From IMG/VR virus record IMGVR_UViG_3300033485_000061, positions 1-30,782 of that record: 30,782 bases of DNA, one strand, 5' to 3'. Positions 24,578 to 30,782 of the stretch are shown in pieces. This stretch comes from a virus. Taxonomy: Duplodnaviria; Caudoviricetes. Position 1 is the first letter of the stretch. Each line of letters begins with the position of its first letter. The position numbers were made by a program, and so were the translations under genes. The notes beneath the pieces were generated by a model. It saw only the letters and a list, made by a program, of their open reading frames with translations. It ran no database searches and had not been told where the DNA came from.

Positions 24578-25807
24578 ATGGCAACGAGCAAGAAGAAGAA
24601 GCGGGCCCACGGCCTCGACATGCCGCCAGAACCGGATAGGGACTGGCTGTTGACGCAGGTCCCAGTCCCCACGATGGACGACCCCTACGCCAACCCTACC
24701 GTCCAAGGGCTTATGGCAATCCGCGAGAAGATTCGCCAGGAAATGGCTGCCGCTAGCACACCTCCGGCGCCGATGCCGACGGCCCCACCCATGCCCGTCA
24801 ATTTGCCGCCCGTGCCCGTCGAGGTCGCCAACGCAGACGCGCGACGGCAAGAGGCTGCCCGCAACCTGGCCCGCGGCTACGTCGGCCCGTCACTCGGACC
24901 ATTCCCGGACTACACGCCCCCACCGCCCGACCCCAACTGGATCCTCGCCGAAGCCCTGCGCCACGCGCCCGAGGGGGCGCCCGGCTACCGCACCTCCCCT
25001 GGCGACGAGGGCGGGGACTATCAGCGATGGATCGCCGACCAGATTGCCGAACGACAAGACATCGCCGCCGGTCGCCCCGTACGTAAGCCCACAGGCCCCT
25101 GGCGTGGCTTGCAGAGCGGTGGACCGGACGGCAAGCCCTCTGGGGCGTCGGGCAAAGAACGGCCACCTAGCACCACAGAACTGCTCCAGGAGGATAGCCC
25201 CGAGGTTGCCGCCCGGCTCCGCGACAAACGCCAGGGGCAACTCGCCGCCCAGGCGGCCATGGCGCCGGCGACCCGGGCCGAGGCATACGCACGACGCAAC
25301 CAGCAGCCCATGGACCCGGCCATCCAACGGATTCTGGCTGCCGGTATGTACTCGCCCGAGTACCTGTCGGCCATCGTCGAGGCCGGCGTGGCTCGCAGCC
25401 AGGCCGAGGCAAACAACAACCCGGAGGCGCGGAAGTGGGGCGCGGTCGGTGCCTATGCCACCAGCCCGGGGGCGACGCCTGAAGGGGTTGTCTCGGTGAT
25501 GAACCAACTCGGGCTCATGGGAGGTCCGGGCGCAGGCGGCATGGCGCCCACGGGGGCCTCACTCATGCAACTGATCACCGACCCGAAGGATAAGATTGCG
25601 TTCCGCAAGGCAATCGACGACGGCGACATCCAGACCGCCCAGAAGATTGCCCGGTGGTATGGGTTTTCGGATGATGAACTGGCAAATGCCCGCGGGCCAA
25701 CTTCCAGAAGATCGCCGACGTTCTATCAGCCACCGACCGCAAGAATCCCCACCGGACCCATATCGTCGGCGGCACCGCCCTTCATGCCTTACACACCAAC
25801 CTGGTAG
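24578..25807 (+). CDS. Pro/Ala-rich hypothetical (putative internal virion) protein, 409 aa
   Basis: ATG 24578 is 2 nt after the previous stop. Precedes the large ejection protein. Confidence 0.6.
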   Translation: MATSKKKKRAHGLDMPPEPDRDWLLTQVPVPTMDDPYANPTVQGLMAIREKIRQEMAAASTPPAPMPTAPPMPVNLPPVPVEVANADARRQEAARNLARGYVGPSLGPFPDYTPPPPDPNWILAEALRHAPEGAPGYRTSPGDEGGDYQRWIADQIAERQDIAAGRPVRKPTGPWRGLQSGGPDGKPSGASGKERPPSTTELLQEDSPEVAARLRDKRQGQLAAQAAMAPATRAEAYARRNQQPMDPAIQRILAAGMYSPEYLSAIVEAGVARSQAEANNNPEARKWGAVGAYATSPGATPEGVVSVMNQLGLMGGPGAGGMAPTGASLMQLITDPKDKIAFRKAIDDGDIQTAQKIARWYGFSDDELANARGPTSRRSPTFYQPPTARIPTGPISSAAPPFMPYTPTW

Positions 25808-25813
25808 TACGCG

Positions 25814-28800
25814 ATGCTCCCAACCCTCCCCATCCTGAACCACCCGCTCCTTGCCGCTGCGCGACGGCGTAGGCAGGAACAAGAGCAGACAGGCTGGCCC
25901 ACCGCTATCGGCGGCACGGGCGCAGTGCCCCTGCCCCTGGACATGCCCCCCGAAGAAAATACGGGGGTCATGGACAAAATCCTGGGCGGCCTGGAGTTCA
26001 TCGGGCTGACCCTCGACAAGCCGGGCGCTGCCGTGCGGGGCGTGGCATCCGGTCTGGCCGGCGGCGACTGGGGCGGCGGGCTGCAAAACCTGATCCCGTT
26101 CTCAGACATGCTGGGAATTACCAAGCCCGAGGAGCGTGTGTCCGGCCGCGACATGCTGGAGACGTTCGGCTGGCTCAATGCGAACACGCCAGGGCTCGAC
26201 TGGGGCGACGTGGCGGGCGTCACGGCTGAAGTGGCACTCGACCCGTTCTCGTGGATCGGCGGCCCAGCCGGGGCACTGACCAAGACCGGCAAGGCCGCCC
26301 AGTGGTCGGCACTCGGGGCCAAAGGGGGCGCTATCGGCGTCAAAGAGGCCGCCGAAGAAGGCGTCAAGCGACTCGGGCAACTCGGCAAACTGGGTGGAGT
26401 CATGGGCACCACCTGGCGCCAAGGGGCCGAAGAGATCGAGCAAGGGCTGCGCGGCGTTGCCCAAATTCACCCGCCGTTCTGGGCCAAGGGCCTGTTCGAG
26501 CCCATCCCCATCGGGGCCGGCAGCACGATCGTGCCCAAGATCATCCGTGGCGTGACCGGCTCCGTACCGGCCCGCTGGGTCCGCGGGCTCATGGACCCGA
26601 AGGTCCAGGGCCTTTTCGACAAGACAGCCCAGGTCGCAGCCGATCACGTCTACCACCAACGCGAGCAACTCCGGGCCATCGTCCAGGACGTGGGCCCCGT
26701 GTTCGCCCGATCCATGGGCGAGCTACAGGGCAGCTTCGCCGATCTCGCCAAGCACGCCATGGCCATCGGCGCGGATACCACGCCGGGCGGCGCAAGCACG
26801 ATGCGCGACATCCAGGAGCTTACCACGTACCTCAGCGAGCACGCCCCGTTGCTCCAGAAAAAGTACACGACCCTACGCAACGGGATTGTCCACGTCTTGG
26901 GCGGCGTGACCGACCCGAACATCGACCCGCGATCGAAGATCAAAGTGGGCGACGAACTGATCGACATGGTTACAGAGACCGTCGATGGGATGCTCAGCAT
27001 CAAAGATGCCCTCTACGACAAGGCCCTGAACCTGGGCCTCAAGGGCGACTGGCTCGACGACATCTTCACGAGCCACTGGCCGCGCCGGGCCGGCTCCGCG
27101 GCCGTCGCCTACCAGATGGACGATAAGACCTTGCAGCTTCTCGGCACGAAGTTCGGCCACGCATTGCACCGCGAGGACACCCTGCGCCACATCCCCGAGG
27201 GCAAGCGGACCATCAACCGGCTGGCCATGGACGAGCGCCTGCGGTGGAAAGCGGACGACCTCAGGGCGTGGATCGCCGCGGACCGGAACATCGTCGATCC
27301 CGAAGAACTGAAGATTCTTGAGGAAACGCCTATCGACGTTCTGCGTCAGGGCATCGTCTTCGACGAGCACCTTGCCCCAGCCGGCAAGCGATGGGAAGAA
27401 CTCTCCGGCAAGAAAATCCCACCGACACTCAACGAAGTCCAAAAGTCAGCGCTGGCCAAGGCACGGGCCGGCGGGGTGTTGACCAAGGAAGAAGCCGCAC
27501 TGATCCAAGGGCTCGACCCGGACGTGCCTATCGCGTGGGAAGACCTTCACACCAAGGCCGGCGAACTTCTCTCGTGGGTCCGGGGCCTGCCGAAAGACAC
27601 CGTGACAACCGGCGTGTTCAACCGGCCCGTGATGGACGAACTTGCCGGTTACATGAACGGGCTAACGCACGTCTACGGGTCGCTGTTGACGATGCACAAC
27701 CTGATCCGCGGCGGCGTGAAACTCACGCAAGAGCACCCTGGCCCCACGATCAATCTGTACGAGGCAGTCTCCAGCCTCACGCTACCCAGCGGCAAGAAAC
27801 TATCGGCCGGGCTGTTCTCCGAACGCGGGCTGGAGCGACTTGCCGAGGACATCGCCACCGACCTTGGCGCGCCCCCGCAAGCACTTGCCTCCATCCGGGC
27901 CAACCCGAAAGAGTACCTCAAGAATCTCGACATCCCCGAGCCGGTGGCCAAGGCCCTGCGTGCCCACGTCGAGGCGATGACCCACAAGCCCGTTCCCGCC
28001 TGGCTGGAAACTTACGACAAGATGCACGGCCTGTGGAAAGCGTGGGTCACGACCGCCGCAAACTGGCCGGCGTTCAACGTGCGCAATGGTGCGGCCGGAT
28101 TCTGGCAGAACTGGGCCCACGGCGAGATTGGATTCCTGCCGCTCGTCAAAGCATACAAAGAAACGGCGAAGTGGCTCCACGACGGCACGGGCGAGGTGAC
28201 GAAGTATCTCGACGAACTGCTCTATGGCGACCCGCTGGCCATGGGCGCCGGTCAGCTTGAAGATATTTCCAAAGTCCTCGCCGAGCGCACCGCCAGCGCG
28301 ACCATGAAGGGCAAGGGCGTCCTGACGATCGACAATCTGTTCATCGACCCGTTCCGGGGTGTTCCTGGCCACGTGAAGGAATCGCTCAATCCATTTAATG
28401 TCATCGGCGGATTCGCTAACACCGAGAAGATCATCAAACAGGGCGGCAAGCAGTTCGTCCTGGCCGAGATGGGGCAGCGAACCTACGGCGTGGTCGAGGC
28501 CATGAACCGCATCTCACCGTACATTGCACTGCGCGAGGCGGGCATGACCCCGGCGCAAGCCGCCTACCGCGTGCGGCAAATCCAATTCGACTATGGCGAC
28601 ATCAGCCCGTTCACGGCCAAGCTGGGCAAGCGCATCGTGCCGTTTCTCACCTGGAGTAGCAAGAACGTACCGCTCCAAATCAGCAAGCTGATGATGGAGC
28701 CCGGTGGCAAGGCCGCCCAGACGATCCGCGCGGTCAGCGGTGCGACACGCGGCGGCCCGGAAGAGCCCTACACCCCAGCGTGGCTTCAGGAAGGTACCGC

Positions 28801-29407
28801 CCTCCGCGTGGGCGGGACCGACGAAGAGGCCATGTTCCTGCGTTGGCTGGGCATCCCCATCGAAGACCTCAACAAGTTCCGTTTCTTCCGGTCGCGGCCG
28901 TCGGCCCAGTCGCTCCGGCGTGGCCTGGCGGACCTCAACCCGTTTTTGCAGACCGTGCTGAAGCTCTATTCGGGGAAAGACCCGTTCACTGGCCGCGACA
29001 TCAAAGACTTGTACGGCCCGACCCAGACGGTATTGGGCGAAGACCAGAAGATGCCATGGCTAGACGCCATTATCTCGTCGTCACCTGGGGCGCGGGTACT
29101 GACCACTGGTCGGCAGTTGACCGATACGCGGCACAGCCTCCTGTCGAGACTTCTGAACGTCGGGACCGGCGTAAAGCTCGGCGTCTACGACACAGAGAAG
29201 TGGCGGATTCTGGACGCCCGCAACCGGCAGCGTGAAATCCTGGACGACAACCCCGACATTCGCACTGGAGAGCACTACTACATCAAACCAGACCGCAAGG
29301 CCCAGGCCAGCGAGCAGACGAAGCAAGACCTAGCCCGGCTGCGGGCGTTGGACAAGGCCGTCAAGGCGCTCCAGAAGAAACGGGATGCGGCGTTAGTTGG
29401 TCAATGA
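25814..29407 (+). CDS. Large internal virion/ejection protein, 1197 aa
   Basis: Last and largest gene of the virion module. Motifs WKAWVT...PAFNVRN, E..NR...Y, A..V..IQFDY and R.VPF.TW..KN.P are typical of podovirus large ejection proteins. Exact start is uncertain. Confidence 0.7.
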   Translation: MLPTLPILNHPLLAAARRRRQEQEQTGWPTAIGGTGAVPLPLDMPPEENTGVMDKILGGLEFIGLTLDKPGAAVRGVASGLAGGDWGGGLQNLIPFSDMLGITKPEERVSGRDMLETFGWLNANTPGLDWGDVAGVTAEVALDPFSWIGGPAGALTKTGKAAQWSALGAKGGAIGVKEAAEEGVKRLGQLGKLGGVMGTTWRQGAEEIEQGLRGVAQIHPPFWAKGLFEPIPIGAGSTIVPKIIRGVTGSVPARWVRGLMDPKVQGLFDKTAQVAADHVYHQREQLRAIVQDVGPVFARSMGELQGSFADLAKHAMAIGADTTPGGASTMRDIQELTTYLSEHAPLLQKKYTTLRNGIVHVLGGVTDPNIDPRSKIKVGDELIDMVTETVDGMLSIKDALYDKALNLGLKGDWLDDIFTSHWPRRAGSAAVAYQMDDKTLQLLGTKFGHALHREDTLRHIPEGKRTINRLAMDERLRWKADDLRAWIAADRNIVDPEELKILEETPIDVLRQGIVFDEHLAPAGKRWEELSGKKIPPTLNEVQKSALAKARAGGVLTKEEAALIQGLDPDVPIAWEDLHTKAGELLSWVRGLPKDTVTTGVFNRPVMDELAGYMNGLTHVYGSLLTMHNLIRGGVKLTQEHPGPTINLYEAVSSLTLPSGKKLSAGLFSERGLERLAEDIATDLGAPPQALASIRANPKEYLKNLDIPEPVAKALRAHVEAMTHKPVPAWLETYDKMHGLWKAWVTTAANWPAFNVRNGAAGFWQNWAHGEIGFLPLVKAYKETAKWLHDGTGEVTKYLDELLYGDPLAMGAGQLEDISKVLAERTASATMKGKGVLTIDNLFIDPFRGVPGHVKESLNPFNVIGGFANTEKIIKQGGKQFVLAEMGQRTYGVVEAMNRISPYIALREAGMTPAQAAYRVRQIQFDYGDISPFTAKLGKRIVPFLTWSSKNVPLQISKLMMEPGGKAAQTIRAVSGATRGGPEEPYTPAWLQEGTALRVGGTDEEAMFLRWLGIPIEDLNKFRFFRSRPSAQSLRRGLADLNPFLQTVLKLYSGKDPFTGRDIKDLYGPTQTVLGEDQKMPWLDAIISSSPGARVLTTGRQLTDTRHSLLSRLLNVGTGVKLGVYDTEKWRILDARNRQREILDDNPDIRTGEHYYIKPDRKAQASEQTKQDLARLRALDKAVKALQKKRDAALVGQ

Positions 29408-29417
29408 CTCTTCTGAA

Positions 29418-29771
29418 TCACTCTTCCATTTGTCCGCAGACCGGGCACACCCACGGCGCCCGGTGTAGTAGGAAATCGCGGACGTTCTGACCTATGCTGT
29501 GCTCGGCCGCGTAACGCAGGTCCTCGGCCGTCTTGCGAAGGGCTATGGCCGCGTCGTGGACCGTTAGCGTCGCCGCGTCTTCTTCCGGCGCCCTGAACCA
29601 CGCCAGCGATTCCCGGGCGTCCTGTATCGCGGCGCCGGCTTCCGCCAGGGCGTCAATTACCGCGTCGAGCCGACTGCGGTGGTCTTTCAGACACGCGATA
29701 ATCAGCCGTGTCTCTGGCGGCAGGCGGTACTTCCTGGGCCGGTGCCGTGGCTCGCGTGTGGCTCTGGTCAT
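29418..29771 (-). CDS. Hypothetical protein with C-terminal CPVCG, 117 aa
   Basis: ATG 29771 is preceded by GGAGG on the - strand. A longer GTG start at 29918 is possible. Confidence 0.6.
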   Translation of the reverse strand: MTRATREPRHRPRKYRLPPETRLIIACLKDHRSRLDAVIDALAEAGAAIQDARESLAWFRAPEEDAATLTVHDAAIALRKTAEDLRYAAEHSIGQNVRDFLLHRAPWVCPVCGQMEE

Positions 29772-29925
29772 TACGTGGTCCTCCATAACCCGTATCTTCC
29801 ACGATTCTATACTCCGGGCTCCCGCACGTCGGGCAGCGTGGCGCCTCCCATGTGTTGTTGCAGCGGTTACACAGCGGGAGCAGGAGACGCTGGGGCGGGG
29901 GCGGCTTTGGACGTTCACAGGCCAT
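29653..29925 (-). CDS. Small zinc-ribbon protein, about 90 aa
   Basis: Contains CNRC-x8-CPTCG. Overlaps the downstream gene by about 120 nt, so it is uncertain. Confidence 0.4.
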   Translation of the reverse strand: MACERPKPPPPQRLLLPLCNRCNNTWEAPRCPTCGSPEYRIVEDTGYGGPRNDQSHTRATAPAQEVPPAARDTADYRVSERPPQSARRGN

Positions 29926-30334
29926 CGGCGGCTTTTTCCAATATCTTGACCAGCGTCTTAGCACAGTTCAGAAGCACCTCGTAACGCAGGGCACTCCCGA
30001 GGACGTTCTGGAACTCCTCCGGTGCCGGCCAGAATGTCTTGGGCAGTGGCGACTTGGTAGACCAGATGCTTACTCCGTAGATTATGAGCATCGTTAAGCC
30101 CATGGGCCTTCCTGGTCCACTCCTGGCCTTTCGGTCACTGTCGCGGACCAGTTCGTCGTAGACTGCCTCAGACACGAAGACGGCCCGTGGCTTCGGCTTC
30201 TGCCGGACGAGCCATCGACGAAAGGATGCGACGGCATCGGGCCGCATGTGAAGCCGCTCATCTATCTCCTGAAGTCCAGCCGACTCGTCCTGGCCCTGAT
30301 CGTCAACGGGGCCTTCAGTCGTCTGTTCGATCAT
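29915..30334 (-). CDS. Hypothetical protein, 139 aa
   Basis: ATG 30334 is preceded by an AGGAG RBS on the - strand. Confidence 0.65.
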   Translation of the reverse strand: MIEQTTEGPVDDQGQDESAGLQEIDERLHMRPDAVASFRRWLVRQKPKPRAVFVSEAVYDELVRDSDRKARSGPGRPMGLTMLIIYGVSIWSTKSPLPKTFWPAPEEFQNVLGSALRYEVLLNCAKTLVKILEKAADGL

Positions 30335-30782
30335 CTGGGTTCTCCTGGCGATTAGCGGCTCCAAACAGCGTGCCTTGTCTCAGTCGGTGGCAGGCAAGGT
30401 CGCAGTAGGCTGGGTTCAGCTCGATGCCGATGCAGCGGCAGCCGTTCTTGCGGGCGACCACGGCGGTGGTGCCGGAGCCGAAGAACGGGTCGAGCACGGT
30501 GCAAGGAACGGCCGGGCCGGCGTTGCATGTGCAGGCGGGGCGGAAGCCGAGAGTGGTATTCTTCACTGGCACGTTCTGAGGATGGTTAGAGGGATGTCGG
30601 TTGGTGTATGTGTCCGGCTTGCCTTTGTCGTCACGCCACGCCTTGCCGCTTTGCAGTAGCTCTCGATACTCTGCGGTCATCTCCACCACCCTTACCCACG
30701 GCTTTCCACACTTGGGGCAGCAGCCCTCCTCACTCGTGCCGGCTAGGACGCACGGCTCGACCAGCTTGCGCGGGAACGTGGC
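30315..30782 (-). CDS. Site-specific DNA methyltransferase (N4-C/N6-A, beta class), C-terminal part, 5' truncated
   Basis: The frame is open from the window edge and reads ATFPRKLVEPCVLAG...VLDPFFGSGTTAVVA...IGIELN.AY, the motif X / motif I arrangement of beta-class enzymes. Confidence 0.9.
   Translation of the reverse strand, partial: ATFPRKLVEPCVLAGTSEEGCCPKCGKPWVRVVEMTAEYRELLQSGKAWRDDKGKPDTYTNRHPSNHPQNVPVKNTTLGFRPACTCNAGPAVPCTVLDPFFGSGTTAVVARKNGCRCIGIELNPAYCDLACHRLRQGTLFGAANRQENPDDRTDD

Noticed and set aside
144-29326. Numerous long minus-strand and alternate-frame ORFs in the track (e.g. 496-1596, 4537-5946, 15284-16582, 19584-20708)
   Set aside because: These are shadow ORFs expected at high GC. 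They are Arg/Pro-rich, lack motifs and fully overlap well-supported + strand genes.
25814-29407. Tape measure protein or virion RNA polymerase
   Set aside because: No tail tube or sheath genes and no polymerase motifs were recognised. Adaptor/nozzle context and motifs fit a podovirus ejection protein.
29405-29420. Bidirectional terminator at the convergence point
   Set aside because: The gap is only 10 nt, with no convincing hairpin or T tract.
1-30782. Stop-codon reassignment
   Set aside because: Genes end in TAA, TAG and TGA, with the next gene starting immediately, and coding density is high under the standard code.

Overview
This window is a GC-rich, gene-dense segment of a tailed dsDNA phage or prophage with a podovirus-like (short-tailed, P22/T7-style) virion module. 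About 26 co-oriented + strand genes run from the C-terminus of the major capsid protein through a putative decoration protein, a GT-A glycosyltransferase, the terminase, the portal, a SAM methyltransferase, head-tail adaptor and nozzle proteins, three different fibre/adhesin-like proteins and a block of internal virion (ejection) proteins. They end at 29407, convergent with a - strand block of small hypothetical genes and the 3' part of a beta-class N4/N6 DNA methyltransferase. No tape measure, integrase, tRNA or CRISPR array is visible. Features the standard annotation does not explain: (1) an 801-aa ParB-like/polyvalent protein shares its N-terminal domain with the large 1197-aa ejection protein, suggesting a reusable capsid-loading tag for delivered cargo; (2) strand-specific tandem octamers (CGCNRAGR x2-3) lie directly upstream of at least six virion genes; (3) a collar-type fibre has a very long asymmetric needle with 19 HxH motifs; (4) the tail nozzle appears split over three ORFs; (5) a glycosyltransferase and a methyltransferase sit inside the head module. 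All product calls come from motif recognition by eye and synteny; no database searches were run.
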